Assembly (NCBI GenBank): GCA_003222535.1
Contig: QHWJ01000233.1
Coordinates: 13,736-77,735, forward strand
DNA length: 64,000 nt
Reading direction: 5' to 3'
From: Acidobacteriota bacterium
Lineage (GTDB): Bacteria; Acidobacteriota; Vicinamibacteria; Vicinamibacterales; CAVVIG01
In this document: positions 10,249-23,144 of the stretch, one piece after another
Layout of the letters: each line of letters opens with the position of its first letter
Numbering within the stretch: the stretch's first letter is position 1
Notes under the pieces: model-generated
Seen by the model: the letters and a program-made list of their open reading frames with translations, nothing else
Told to the model about the DNA's origin: nothing
Databases searched by the model: none
Position numbers and translations under genes: made by a program

Positions 10249-10940
10249 ACGGACCTTCAATCCTGCGATCGCTCGGACGGGGCCTTTTGGTGATCGGGCT
10301 GGGGCTCGCCTCGTGGTGCGCCATCGTGTTCGTCGAAACGCGGTTTCACAACAGCGTGTCGGTTGCACCGCCGCTCATCGTCACCCAGACCGTGCCGCCA
10401 GGTCTGCCCGGCGACCCGGGCGGGTCAACCGTGCACGCTCCGGCGGCCAGGACGATGGCGGCACCGGCGGCAGGCACGCTGCTCGGGCGGTTGGAAGCCC
10501 CCTCCGTTCGGATGTCGACGGCGGTGCTCGAAGGCAGCGACGACGCGACGCTCCGTCGCGGCGCGGGACACATCGAAGACACGCCGTTCCCCGGAAGCGC
10601 CGGCAACGTCGGGATTGCCGGCCACCGTGATACGGTGTTTCGGCCTCTTCGAAACATCCTCGTCGGCGACCCGCTCGATCTGACGATCGCCAATCGCATG
10701 TTCCGCTACCGCATCACCAGGACGCTCATCGTCCGGCCGGACGATGTTTACGTCCTCGACCCGACGGACCGGCCGACGATCACGCTCGTCACGTGCTATC
10801 CGTTCGAGTTCGTGGGCCATGCGCCGCGTCGATTCATCGTACAGGCCCAGTTGGTGGGAGAAGAAACGCTGACCACGCGTGGGCCTGATGGGGCGAGTCG
10901 GCCAGATGGTGCGCGCACGGCAGGGAGATCAGGTAGATAG
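10245..10940 (+). CDS. sortase family transpeptidase with N-terminal membrane anchor
   Basis: IAGHRDT (His), TLVTCYP (Cys) and APRRFIV (Arg) motifs. ATG 10245 overlaps the VWA stop (ATGA). The track ORF opens at 10074, but the TM segment starts at MNGPSILRSLG. Confidence 0.85.
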   Translation: MNGPSILRSLGRGLLVIGLGLASWCAIVFVETRFHNSVSVAPPLIVTQTVPPGLPGDPGGSTVHAPAARTMAAPAAGTLLGRLEAPSVRMSTAVLEGSDDATLRRGAGHIEDTPFPGSAGNVGIAGHRDTVFRPLRNILVGDPLDLTIANRMFRYRITRTLIVRPDDVYVLDPTDRPTITLVTCYPFEFVGHAPRRFIVQAQLVGEETLTTRGPDGASRPDGARTAGRSGR

Positions 10941-10960
10941 ACGCACCCTGACTGCGTAGC

Positions 10961-11632
10961 TTAGAAATGAACGCCGACGCCGAAGAGCACGCGGTGCGTG
11001 CTGATTCCCGTGTCGGTCTCGACCTCATCAGTCTTCGGCGAAATACGACCGTACCGATACCCGATGTCCACGAACAGGCGCTTCAGGAGCGGCACGTTGA
11101 GACCGAAGCCTGCGACGACGAACGCCTTGCGGGTCGTGCCCGACAGGTCGCCCCCGAGTTGAACGCCGCGGTCGGCGGCGTTCACCTGGGTCCCGTTCAC
11201 AGCGAAAGTGGCCTCCGTCGTCACTCCAGCCACTCCACCACCGAAGAGCACATAGGGGTGCACCACCGGGATGCCCTGGACGTGGTATCGAATGCCCACG
11301 TCGACGTAGTTGACCTTCTTGGTCGTGCTGCTGACCGTACCTCCAAGGTCAGGTGAGGCCGCGATTATGGCGGCAGCCGTATCGAGCGCCTCGGTGGCGG
11401 CGTTCCCGATGTGGCCACCCTCGACGACGACGTCGAGGCCGGCGACCAACCGAAAGCCGATTTCACCACCGACGAACGCGTCGGACTTGTGGCCGAGCGT
11501 CGGGCCCCCGTTGAATTCCACATACAGCCGCGGCTCCGATCCGGACGAGGCAGCCGTCTGCGCATGAGCAGCGGCGGCGCCGATAGACAGGGCACCGACG
11601 AGCCACACTGTCGCAACACGAATCAAACGCAT
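10961..11632 (-). CDS. outer-membrane beta-barrel protein (OmpA-like/OmpW-like porin family)
   Basis: Signal peptide MRLIRVATVWLVGALSIGAAAAHA, alternating beta-strand pattern and C-terminal GVGVHF. Confidence 0.75.
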   Translation of the reverse strand: MRLIRVATVWLVGALSIGAAAAHAQTAASSGSEPRLYVEFNGGPTLGHKSDAFVGGEIGFRLVAGLDVVVEGGHIGNAATEALDTAAAIIAASPDLGGTVSSTTKKVNYVDVGIRYHVQGIPVVHPYVLFGGGVAGVTTEATFAVNGTQVNAADRGVQLGGDLSGTTRKAFVVAGFGLNVPLLKRLFVDIGYRYGRISPKTDEVETDTGISTHRVLFGVGVHF

Positions 11633-11752
11633 GATCAACAGTCCTCCGGGGGAGTGGTCGAACAGAATCCAATCGCGGAAGGGGCTGGAACCTACCGCAC
11701 CCGAGGAGAGAGCCAGAGTATACCATCGACGTGGTATTCTGGACACGCTTCA

Positions 11753-12448
11753 ATGAGCGAACACGCCGATACGTCTGATTCCATCTTCGAGGCGCTGCCC
11801 GATCCGCCTGATCCGTCGGTAGCCTCTTCCACCGTCGACGCGGCGCCCATCGTTATCGCGGGGGCCCCGGGTCCGTTCCTCGAGGTGGTCGGCGTGGCTG
11901 CCGAGCCGGCCTCCGAACACATGAGCGCCTGGCGGCGGATGGGCAGCGAGATCCTCGCCGCCGTGCAGACACTGGTGTCGGCCGCGGTATACGCGACGCT
12001 GATCGTGACGTTCGGGTTTCAGGTCGCCCGCGTGGACGGCCTCAGCATGGCGCCGACGCTCGAGGATCACGATCGCCTGATCGTCAACAAGCTCGTCTAC
12101 GAGATCGGCGATCCGCGCCCCGGGGACATCGTGATGCTCTACTACCCGCTCAATCCCGAGAAGATGTTCGTGAAGCGGGTGATCGCGCGTGAAGGCGACA
12201 CGGTCCGGATCGTCGACGGCCGTGTCTACGTCAACGACATCCCGCTCCACGACGACTATGTGCCGGTCGAGTTCAGAAGCCACGACGACTGGGGACCGCA
12301 GGTCGTCCAGCAGGGCTACTACTTCGTCATGGGCGATCACCGCAACAACAGCTCCGACAGCCGTCACTGGGGTCCCGTGCCGAAGAAATACATCGTCGGC
12401 AAAGTGAAAGTGCGGTGGTGGCCGCTGCAGGACGCTCGGATTTTCTGA
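11753..12448 (+). CDS. lepB: signal peptidase I
   Basis: GLSMAPTL (Ser box), VKRVIAREGD (Lys box) and GDHRNNSSDSR motifs. Confidence 0.92.
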   Translation: MSEHADTSDSIFEALPDPPDPSVASSTVDAAPIVIAGAPGPFLEVVGVAAEPASEHMSAWRRMGSEILAAVQTLVSAAVYATLIVTFGFQVARVDGLSMAPTLEDHDRLIVNKLVYEIGDPRPGDIVMLYYPLNPEKMFVKRVIAREGDTVRIVDGRVYVNDIPLHDDYVPVEFRSHDDWGPQVVQQGYYFVMGDHRNNSSDSRHWGPVPKKYIVGKVKVRWWPLQDARIF

Positions 12449-12455
12449 CGCTCGA

Positions 12456-12505
12456 AAGTCTGAAGTGGGAAGTCTGAAGTCTGTGGTTCTGCCGGCGTTC
12501 AGACT

Positions 12506-12527
<22 letters not shown>
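12456..12527. repeat. hairpin built from tandem AGTCTGA / TCAGACT heptamers between convergent genes (terminator candidate)
   Basis: AAGTCTGAAGTGGGAAGTCTGAAGTCTG ... TTCAGACTTCAGACTTCAGACTTCAGACTT. The right arm encodes the last codons (LSLKSEV) and the stop of the synthetase. Confidence 0.85.
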
Positions 12528-14233
<1,706 letters not shown>

Positions 14234-14245
14234 GGCCGCGGGATT

Positions 14246-14980
14246 GTGTCACAGTCTGCCGGCCGGCAACGACGTGTATCTCAGCGCCGTGTCCGCGTGG
14301 GAAATAGCCGTGAGGGTCGCCGTTTTGTGATTAACTGGAAGTCCGTGGCTGAGCCTTGCACCGTCCTCATTGGGGCCTCCGATCTGTTGCCGGGCCTCCA
14401 GGAGCGCGCGGGCGCGATCAATGGCGAGCTGCTGACCTTCACCGATGCCGACGCGCTCGCGGCGGTCCAGGCGATCGTGAAGCGCCATCCGCAGGTGATC
14501 GCGCTGGAGCGCAACTTCGCCGTCACGCCGCGCGGCGTCGCGCTCATCAATCGCATCAAGATCGACCCGTCGCTGCGGCAATCCGAAATCCGCGTGCTGG
14601 CGCACAACAGCGATTACATGCGCGTGGTGCCGCGCGCGCAGGCCGCTCCCGAGCCCGCGCTCGACCAGCGCGGCACGCGCCGTGCGCAGCGGTCGAAGAT
14701 GGCGGCCCGAGTCGATGTACTGCTGGACGGCAAGACCGCGGCGCTCATCGACCTCTCGATCGTCGGCGCGCAGGTCGTGTCGGCGAGCATGCTGAAGCCC
14801 AATCAGCCACTCGGGGTGACGTTGAAAGACGAGGTCGCCGACGTGCGGTTCAACGCATCCGTGGCATGGACCTCGTTCGAGATTCCGCCCAACAGCGGTC
14901 CGCGCTACCGCGCCGGCATCAACTTCACCGACGCGGACGCCGCAGCCGTCGACGCGTACTGCGCGCGGCACAAGGCGTAA
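14246..14980 (+). CDS. PilZ domain protein (start uncertain)
   Basis: RRAQR ... DLSIVGA (RxxxR / DxSxxG PilZ signature) in the C-terminal half. A GTG near 14328 is an alternative start. Confidence 0.7.
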   Translation: MSQSAGRQRRVSQRRVRVGNSREGRRFVINWKSVAEPCTVLIGASDLLPGLQERAGAINGELLTFTDADALAAVQAIVKRHPQVIALERNFAVTPRGVALINRIKIDPSLRQSEIRVLAHNSDYMRVVPRAQAAPEPALDQRGTRRAQRSKMAARVDVLLDGKTAALIDLSIVGAQVVSASMLKPNQPLGVTLKDEVADVRFNASVAWTSFEIPPNSGPRYRAGINFTDADAAAVDAYCARHKA

Positions 14981-15190
14981 CAGCCGCCGAGGACGAGACA
15001 GGCAGCGTAGAGATCAGGCCTCGGGTAGTGTCCGGCTTCCGCCTTCGCGCGTGAAGCTTCGGCGGACCGCCATAGCCTTGGCGACGGCGGTCAGCCGGAC
15101 CCGACAAGGTCCGCCTGAAAAGCGTGTGAAGAACCACTCGGCTATAATCCGGCCGCCTGTCACCGTGACCGTTATCGGCCCTCACCGCTC

Positions 15191-15970
15191 ATGACGAATG
15201 TGTTGACCGAGCTCGTCGACGCGCTGACCCGAGGTGCGGTGAACGTCGTCGACCTGACGCAGCCGCTCGGACCCGCGACGCCGGTGATCGGCCTCCCCCC
15301 GATCTTCGCCGCATCGCCGGGCGTGACGATCGACGTGATCTCCCGGTACGACGAGCGGGGACCAGCGTGGTACTGGAATACGCTGCGGCTCGGCGAGCAC
15401 ACCGGCACGCACTTCGACGCGCCGATTCACTGGGTGACCGGCAGGGATCTGCCGGGGAATGCCTGCGACACGATTCCGGTGCGCCGCTTCGTGGGCCCCG
15501 CGTGCGTCATCGACGTGACCGCCGATGTCGCGGCCAACGCTGACTTCCTGTTGACGACCGGGCGCATCGAGGCGTGGGAGCGCGAGCACGGACCGATTCC
15601 GTCCGGCGCATGGGTACTCCTCCGTACTGGTTGGAGCCGGCGGACCGACGCGGCCGCCTTCCTGAACGTCGCGGCCGACGGCCCCCACAGCCCGGGGTTC
15701 GACGTGCGCGCGTCGCGCCTGCTGGCGCACGATCGCGACGTGCTCGGTGTCGGCGTCGAGACGATCGGCACCGACGCGGGTCAGGCGGCTTCGTTCGACC
15801 CGCCGTTTCCAAATCACACCGTCATGCACGGGGCGGGAAAATTCGGCCTGGCGAGCCTCTGCCATCTCGATCAGCTGCCGGCAACGGGCGCCATCGTCAT
15901 CGCGGCGCCCCTGAAGATTGTTCAGGGAAGCGGCAGTCCGGTCCGGGTCATCGCTCTCGCGCCGTCGTAA
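15191..15970 (+). CDS. cyclase family protein (kynurenine formamidase-like)
   Basis: GEHTGTHFDAPIHW motif and typical length. Confidence 0.85.
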   Translation: MTNVLTELVDALTRGAVNVVDLTQPLGPATPVIGLPPIFAASPGVTIDVISRYDERGPAWYWNTLRLGEHTGTHFDAPIHWVTGRDLPGNACDTIPVRRFVGPACVIDVTADVAANADFLLTTGRIEAWEREHGPIPSGAWVLLRTGWSRRTDAAAFLNVAADGPHSPGFDVRASRLLAHDRDVLGVGVETIGTDAGQAASFDPPFPNHTVMHGAGKFGLASLCHLDQLPATGAIVIAAPLKIVQGSGSPVRVIALAPS

Positions 15971-16059
15971 TGCGGCGCCCGGTGTCTCGTGGCGCGAAGG
16001 CTCTGGAGCTTGTGAAGTAGCATTTTCCCGGCGGGTTCCGCGGTTTCTGCGTTGTACGT

Positions 16060-17373
<1,314 letters not shown>

Positions 17374-17650
17374 TCACCACTTGCCAGTCGTCTGCCGCAC
17401 CTCGGACCCGGCACCTCGCACGCCGCACGTTGCACGTTGCACGTCGTCGCTCATCAGTTGACCGTCACCAGTCGTCAGTCGGCGTAGCCAGCATCCGCGT
17501 AACGGGCTAAGATTCTACCTTCAACGGCTTCTCGACTGTGGACCGCCGACCAGCCGACTGGCCGGCGAACGACTCCGCCAGGTGTGAAGCCCGAAGTCCG
17601 GGGCCGTGCTGACGTTCATGCTTCGTACGTCGTACGTTCACGTTGCACCC

Positions 17651-19243
17651 ATGATTCTCCTCGACGGATCCTCGCTGACGATCGAACAGCTGCTCGCCAT
17701 CGCGGATCGCGGCGAAAGGGTCGCGCTGTCGGACGCCGCCCGCGATCGCGTGCGTCGGTCGCGCGCCGTTGTCGATCGCCGGGCGCACGGCGCCGAGCCC
17801 GCCTACGGCATCAACACGGGGTTCGGCTCGTTCGCCGAGGTGGCGATCGCGCCGGATGCGCTCGAAGCGCTGCAGCTCAACCTGCTGCGCAGCCACGCCG
17901 CCGGGCTCGGCGACCCGCTGCCTCCGCGCACCGTGCGAGCGACGATCGCGCTGCGCGCGAACGTGCTGGCAAAGGGATTCTCCGGCATCGCCCTCGACAC
18001 GGTTGAGGCGCTCATCGCGCTCCTGAACCGGGGCGTCCACCCGTCGGTCCCGTCGCGGGGATCGGTCGGCGCGAGCGGCGATCTGGCGCCGCTTGCGCAC
18101 CTCGCGCTGGTGCTCATCGGCGAAGGCGAAGTCCTCGACGACGACGACGACGATCAACGCAAAGGCCGCAAAGAACGCAAAGAAGACCAGAATGCTTTGC
18201 GGGCTTCGCGTGTTTTGCGTTCCAGCGTGATCTCCGGTTCAGAAGCGTTGCGGCGTGCCGGGCTCAAACCCATCACGCTCGGCCCGAAGGAAGGGCTCGC
18301 GCTCATCAACGGCACGCAGCCGTCGACCGCCGTGCTCGCGCTGGCGCTCGCGGCGGCCGAGCGCGTCGCCCGCGCGGCGGACATCGCCGCGGCCCTGTCG
18401 ATCGACGCGCTGCGCGGCTCGATTCATCCGTTCGAGGCGCGGATCCACGACGCGCGGCCGTTCCGCGGACAACGGACGTCGGCCGCCAACATCGAGGCGC
18501 TCATGCGCGGGAGCGGGATCAACTTGTCGCACGAGCGCTGCGGGAAAGTCCAGGACGCGTACTCGCTGCGCTGCGCCGCCCAGGTGCACGGCGCCGTACG
18601 CGACGCGCTGCGGTTCATCCGCGAGACGGTGGACATCGAGGCCAACAGCGCGACCGACAACCCCATGGTCTTCGCCGACACGGGCGACATCGTCTCCGGC
18701 GGCAACTTTCACGGCGCCCCGATCGCGATCGCCGCCGATCTTCTCGCGGCGGCCGTCGTCCCGCTCGCGACGATCAGCGAGCGGCGCACCGACCGGCTGG
18801 TGGATCCGGCGCTCAGCGGCCTGCCGGCCTTCCTGACGCGCGACGGCGGACTCAAGTCCGGCCTGATGCTCGCCCACGTGACGGCGGCGGCGGTCGCCTC
18901 GGAGCTCAAATCGCTCGCGCATCCCTCCGGCGTCGACACGATCCCGACCTCGGCGAACAGAGAAGACCACGTCAGCATGAGCATGACGGCGGCGCTGAAG
19001 GCGGAGTGCGCCGTCAGCCGCGCACGCGAAGTGATTGCGATCGAGATTCTCTGCGCGTGCCAGGCGATCGACCTGCTCGCGCCGCTCATGACGTCGCCGG
19101 CGCTCGCGGCGGTCCACGGCCTCGTGCGATCGCGCGTGCCGGCGCTCGACGACGACCGCGCGCCGGCGCCCGACATCGTCGCGATCGCGCAGTTGATCGA
19201 GACGAGCGCGCTTGAAGACGCGTGCGACGCACTAGTCAAGTGA
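17651..19243 (+). CDS. hutH: histidine ammonia-lyase
   Basis: [14 protein letters not shown] (MIO-forming ASG) and [13 protein letters not shown] 17651 gives the canonical [10 protein letters not shown] start. Confidence 0.95.
   Translation: MILLDGSSLTIEQLLAIADRGERVALSDAARDRVRRSRAVVDRRAHGAEPAYGINTGFGSFAEVAIAPDALEALQLNLLRSHAAGLGDPLPPRTVRATIALRANVLAKGFSGIALDTVEALIALLNRGVHPSVPSRGSVGASGDLAPLAHLALVLIGEGEVLDDDDDDQRKGRKERKEDQNALRASRVLRSSVISGSEALRRAGLKPITLGPKEGLALINGTQPSTAVLALALAAAERVARAADIAAALSIDALRGSIHPFEARIHDARPFRGQRTSAANIEALMRGSGINLSHERCGKVQDAYSLRCAAQVHGAVRDALRFIRETVDIEANSATDNPMVFADTGDIVSGGNFHGAPIAIAADLLAAAVVPLATISERRTDRLVDPALSGLPAFLTRDGGLKSGLMLAHVTAAAVASELKSLAHPSGVDTIPTSANREDHVSMSMTAALKAECAVSRAREVIAIEILCACQAIDLLAPLMTSPALAAVHGLVRSRVPALDDDRAPAPDIVAIAQLIETSALEDACDALVK
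18136..18221. repeat. (GAC)5 run plus a 66-nt CGCAAAG-type hairpin repeat lying in frame inside hutH
   Basis: AACGCAAAGGCCGCAAAGAACGCAAAG ... CTTTGCGGGCTTCGCGTGTTTTGCGTT. It encodes [28 protein letters not shown]. Confidence 0.8.
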
Positions 19244-19316
19244 AAAATTTTTCATTTTCAAATTGACAACCTTCGCGCCGCTTCTTAAGGTCTATCTTTC
19301 GTCTCCTGATGCTTTC

Positions 19317-20987
19317 ATGCCCACTGTCACCCGCACCATCCGAGCGCCGCGAGGCACGTCGCTGACCTGCAAGGGCTGGCCGCAGGAAGCCGCGCTGCGG
19401 ATGTTGATGAACAATCTCGATCCCGACGTCGCCGAGCGCCCGGAAGACCTCGTCGTCTACGGCGGATCGGGGAAGGCGGCGCGGAGCTGGGAAGCGTTCG
19501 ACGCGATCGTGCGATCGCTGACCGCGCTCGAGCACGACGAAACGCTGCTCGTGCAGTCCGGCAAGCCCGTCGGTATCTTCCAAACTCATCCGGGCGCGCC
19601 GCGCGTGCTGATCGCGAACGCCCTGCTCGTGCCGGCGTGGGCGACCTGGGAGAACTTCCGCGACCTCGAAGCCCGCGGTCTGACGATGTACGGCCAGATG
19701 ACGGCCGGCAGCTGGATCTACATCGGCAGCCAGGGCGTCGTGCAGGGCACGTATGAAACGCTGGCCGAGGTGGGCCGGCGCCACTTCGGCGGCACGCTGT
19801 CGAACCGGCTCGTCGTCACCGCGGGGCTCGGCGGCATGGGCGGCGCGCAGCCGCTGGCGGCCGCGATGAACGGCGCCGCTGCCCTGGTCGTCGAGGTGGA
19901 TCCGCAGCGGATCGCCCGCCGGATGGCGACGCGCTATCTCGACGAAGCCACCGACAGCCTCGACGAGGCGCTCGATCGCGTCGGATGCTGGACTCGCGAC
20001 GGCGTCGGGCGATCCATCGGCCTGCGCGGGAATGCGGCGGACGTGATGCCCGCGCTGGTGGCGCGCGGCGTCACTCCGGACGTGTTGACCGACCAGACGT
20101 CGGCGCACGACGCGCTGAACGGATACATCCCGAACGGGCTGTCGCTCGACGAGGCGGCCCGGCTCCGCGCACGGAATCCGCCGGAGTACATCGCGCGATC
20201 GATGGCGGCGATGGCGGCTCACGTGCGCGCGATGCTCACGCTGCGCCAGCGCGGCGCGGTCACCTTCGACTACGGCAACAACATCCGCGCGCAGGCGAGA
20301 GAGGCCGGCGTCGCCGACGCGTTCGACATCCCGGGCTTCGTGCCCGAATACATCCGGCCGCTGTTCTGCGAAGGCAAGGGTCCGTTCCGCTGGGCCGCGC
20401 TCTCCGGCGACCCCGACGACATTCGGGTCACCGACGACGCGGCGCTCGACATGTTCGGCCGCGACGAGGCGCTGGTGCGATGGATCCACCTCGCGCGCGA
20501 GCGCGTCGCGTTCCAGGGCCTGCCCGCGCGCATCCTGTGGCTCGGCTGCGGCGAGCGCGCGCGCTTCGGGTTGCGAATCAACGAGCTGGTTCGCGAAGGG
20601 CGCCTCAAGGCGCCGATCGTGATCGGTCGCGATCATCTGGACACCGGGTCGGTGGCCTCGCCCAACCGCGAGACCGAAGCGATGCGCGACGGCAGCGATG
20701 CGATCGCGGACTGGCCCGTCCTGAACGCCCTCCTGAACGCCTCGAGCGGGGCCACGTGGGTGTCGGTGCACCACGGCGGCGGCGTCGGCATCGGCTACTC
20801 GCTGCACGCCGGCATGGTGATCGTCGCCGACGGCACAGCCGACGCGGACGAGAAGCTCGAGCGCGTGCTAACCTGCGATCCCGGCATCGGCGTCGTGCGC
20901 CATGCGGACGCCGGTTATCCCGCCGCACTCGCCACCGCCGAGCGAGAAGGCTTGCGACTCCCGATGCGTGAGGAACGCGAATGTTGA
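19317..20987 (+). CDS. hutU: urocanate hydratase
   Basis: [28 protein letters not shown] and the rest match urocanase end to end. The track ORF begins at an upstream TTG (19263). Confidence 0.96.
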   Translation: MPTVTRTIRAPRGTSLTCKGWPQEAALRMLMNNLDPDVAERPEDLVVYGGSGKAARSWEAFDAIVRSLTALEHDETLLVQSGKPVGIFQTHPGAPRVLIANALLVPAWATWENFRDLEARGLTMYGQMTAGSWIYIGSQGVVQGTYETLAEVGRRHFGGTLSNRLVVTAGLGGMGGAQPLAAAMNGAAALVVEVDPQRIARRMATRYLDEATDSLDEALDRVGCWTRDGVGRSIGLRGNAADVMPALVARGVTPDVLTDQTSAHDALNGYIPNGLSLDEAARLRARNPPEYIARSMAAMAAHVRAMLTLRQRGAVTFDYGNNIRAQAREAGVADAFDIPGFVPEYIRPLFCEGKGPFRWAALSGDPDDIRVTDDAALDMFGRDEALVRWIHLARERVAFQGLPARILWLGCGERARFGLRINELVREGRLKAPIVIGRDHLDTGSVASPNRETEAMRDGSDAIADWPVLNALLNASSGATWVSVHHGGGVGIGYSLHAGMVIVADGTADADEKLERVLTCDPGIGVVRHADAGYPAALATAEREGLRLPMREEREC

Positions 20988-22168
20988 CCCCCCGTAACGC
21001 TCTGGCGCGCCGCGTCACCGCGTCGCTCGACACCGCACCGTCGCGGATCCCCGTGCTGCTGGGCGGGTGCGGCAGCGGACGAACGACGCTGCTCGGTCAG
21101 CTGCGCGACCGGATCGGCCGCACCGCCGTGGAGTACATCGACGTCGAGCGCACCGCCACGACGCCGGAACGCTTTCTGCGCGCCGTCACCGCCGTGTCGC
21201 CGTTCCCCGTCACCGATCCCTCGACGCCGGGACCGGTCGGCGCGCGCGCGGCGTTCGACGCGACGCTCGCGTTCTTCGGACGCGCCCGCACGGCGGCCAA
21301 CGAGCCGGCCACGTTCTTCCTCGACGAGTTCCTCGAGCTGCGGACCTTCGAGAGCTTTCCCGGTCTGCGCCGCGTGCTGCACGACTGCATCGACGGCCTC
21401 ACGGCCAGCGGCAACCGATTCGTGCTCACGAGCCGCTACATGTCGCGCGCGCTGCACCTGCTGCGCGATCGCTCGGCGCGGTTCGAGGTCATTCAGATGC
21501 CGGCGCTCACCGCCGAGGACACCCTCGACATCCTCGGGCCGACCTCTGCGCGGCGCGGGCCTGTCGGCCCCGCCAGCGACGACGCGCACGACGCCGACCT
21601 CATGGCGCGCACGGTCCAGGCGCTCGGCGACGGCCGGCCGGCGTACGTCTGCGCGCTCGCCGACGAGCTCGCGACGATGCGCGAGCACGGCGGCCCCGGG
21701 AGCGGCGACGCCATCAGCGCGCTGGCCGCGCTGCTCGCGACCGGGGGGCGCCTTGCCAGCCAGTGTGGTTTCTTCTACGAGCTGCGGCTGCACCGCGCCC
21801 GCGGCTACGGCGCGCTCAAGGCGATTCTGGAGATCCTCGGTGAAGATGAAGGGCTGACGCTCACCGAGATCTCGCACCGCCTGCAGCGCACGCCGGGCTC
21901 GACGAAGGACTACCTGTCGTGGCTGGAAGACGTCGATCTCGTCACGTCGCGGCAGAAGCGGTACAGCTTCACCGATCCGCTGCTGCGCGTGTGGGTCCGC
22001 CTGCACTGCCGCGCGACGGCGCCCACTGACGACGACGTCGCGCGCGAGGTGCACCGCTACGCGCTGCCGCGGCTGCCCCAGCCGTCGGAGCCGACCCCGA
22101 CACCAGGGGCCGAGCCCGCCTTCGCCATGGCGGGTGGACCCCCATCGGGAATTATCGAGATCGACTAG
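20981..22168 (+). CDS. AAA-type ATPase (archaeal-ATPase/DUF234-like) with C-terminal winged-helix region
   Basis: P-loop [11 protein letters not shown] (Arg in place of the usual Lys), Walker B FFLDEF, and wHTH-like [10 protein letters not shown]. It overlaps the hutU stop by 7 nt. Confidence 0.7.
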   Translation: MLTPRNALARRVTASLDTAPSRIPVLLGGCGSGRTTLLGQLRDRIGRTAVEYIDVERTATTPERFLRAVTAVSPFPVTDPSTPGPVGARAAFDATLAFFGRARTAANEPATFFLDEFLELRTFESFPGLRRVLHDCIDGLTASGNRFVLTSRYMSRALHLLRDRSARFEVIQMPALTAEDTLDILGPTSARRGPVGPASDDAHDADLMARTVQALGDGRPAYVCALADELATMREHGGPGSGDAISALAALLATGGRLASQCGFFYELRLHRARGYGALKAILEILGEDEGLTLTEISHRLQRTPGSTKDYLSWLEDVDLVTSRQKRYSFTDPLLRVWVRLHCRATAPTDDDVAREVHRYALPRLPQPSEPTPTPGAEPAFAMAGGPPSGIIEID

Positions 22169-22189
22169 AACTGTGGGTAGGTTGGTAAA

Positions 22190-23128
22190 TTACGGTCTCA
22201 GTTTCTCGAGCGCTGCGCGTGCCGCTTCCTGCTCCGCCTCCTTCTTGCTCGGCCCGGTGGCGGAGGCGAGCCGCTCGCCCCGCACGACCACCTCGATCTC
22301 GAACAGCTTGCGGTGATCGGGCCCGAGCGTCCCGACGAGGCGGTACTCCGGCAGCGGCAGGTCCCGCGACTGCAGGAGCTCCTGCAGCGCCGACTTGTAG
22401 TCCTGGCCGGAGACCCCGTCGCGCCGCACCTCGTCGAACAGCGCGGCGAACTCGCGCGTGATGAACGCGCGCGCGTGCTCGACGCCGCCGTCGAGATACA
22501 CCGCGGCGATCAGCGCTTCGTAGCCATCGGCGAGCAGCGCCTGCTTGCGCCGGCCGCCGGTCTTCTCCTCGCCGCGGCCCAGCAGCAGATGATCCCCGAG
22601 CTGCAGCCGCTCGGCCTGGCGCGCGAGCGTCGCCGTCGAGACGAGCGCCGCCTTGGCCTTCGACTTCTGTCCTTCGTCGAATTCCGGGAAATCACGGAAC
22701 AGCACGTCGGCGATGATGAAGCCGAGCAGCGCGTCGCCGAGGAACTCCATCACCTCGTTGTCGGCGACGCCGCCGCTGACGTCCTCGTTCGCGCGGGACG
22801 TGTGCGTCATCGCGTGCTCGAGCAGCCCGCGATCGCGGAACCGGTAGCCGATCGCCTGCTGCAGCGACTCGAACTCGTCGCGCAGCCGCACGACGTGGCC
22901 GTTCCTGAGCTCCGTCCGGTGGCTCGCGATGATGCGCTGCGCGTCCTCCGCGTCGCTGGCGTGGACCCCGATGCGCACCTCGTTGAGACCGTCGACCGAC
23001 AGCGGAAAGATCGAGTGCGGCACGTCCGACGAGAGGACCGACATGACCCCGTGCGCTTCGAGCAGGCCGCGGACGATTTGCGCTTCGATGTCCGAATGCG
23101 TCCGGAAGATGACGACGAGCTCTGTCAC
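22190..23128 (-). CDS. rnc: ribonuclease III with an N-terminal DUF2007-like domain
   Basis: RNase III signature NEVMEFLGDALLG and a dsRBD at the C-terminus. The extra ~70 aa at the N-terminus (VVIFRTHSDIEAQIVRGLLEAHGV...) resembles DUF2007. Confidence 0.92.
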   Translation of the reverse strand: MTELVVIFRTHSDIEAQIVRGLLEAHGVMSVLSSDVPHSIFPLSVDGLNEVRIGVHASDAEDAQRIIASHRTELRNGHVVRLRDEFESLQQAIGYRFRDRGLLEHAMTHTSRANEDVSGGVADNEVMEFLGDALLGFIIADVLFRDFPEFDEGQKSKAKAALVSTATLARQAERLQLGDHLLLGRGEEKTGGRRKQALLADGYEALIAAVYLDGGVEHARAFITREFAALFDEVRRDGVSGQDYKSALQELLQSRDLPLPEYRLVGTLGPDHRKLFEIEVVVRGERLASATGPSKKEAEQEAARAALEKLRP

Positions 23129-23144
23129 AGCGCGTGAACCCTAG

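Noticed and set aside
15143-15148. TATAAT hexamer about 45 nt upstream of the cyclase gene, considered as a promoter -10 box.
   Set aside because: There is no convincing -35 at 17 +/- 1 nt, and I know of no promoter consensus for this lineage. A single hexamer match is not enough support.
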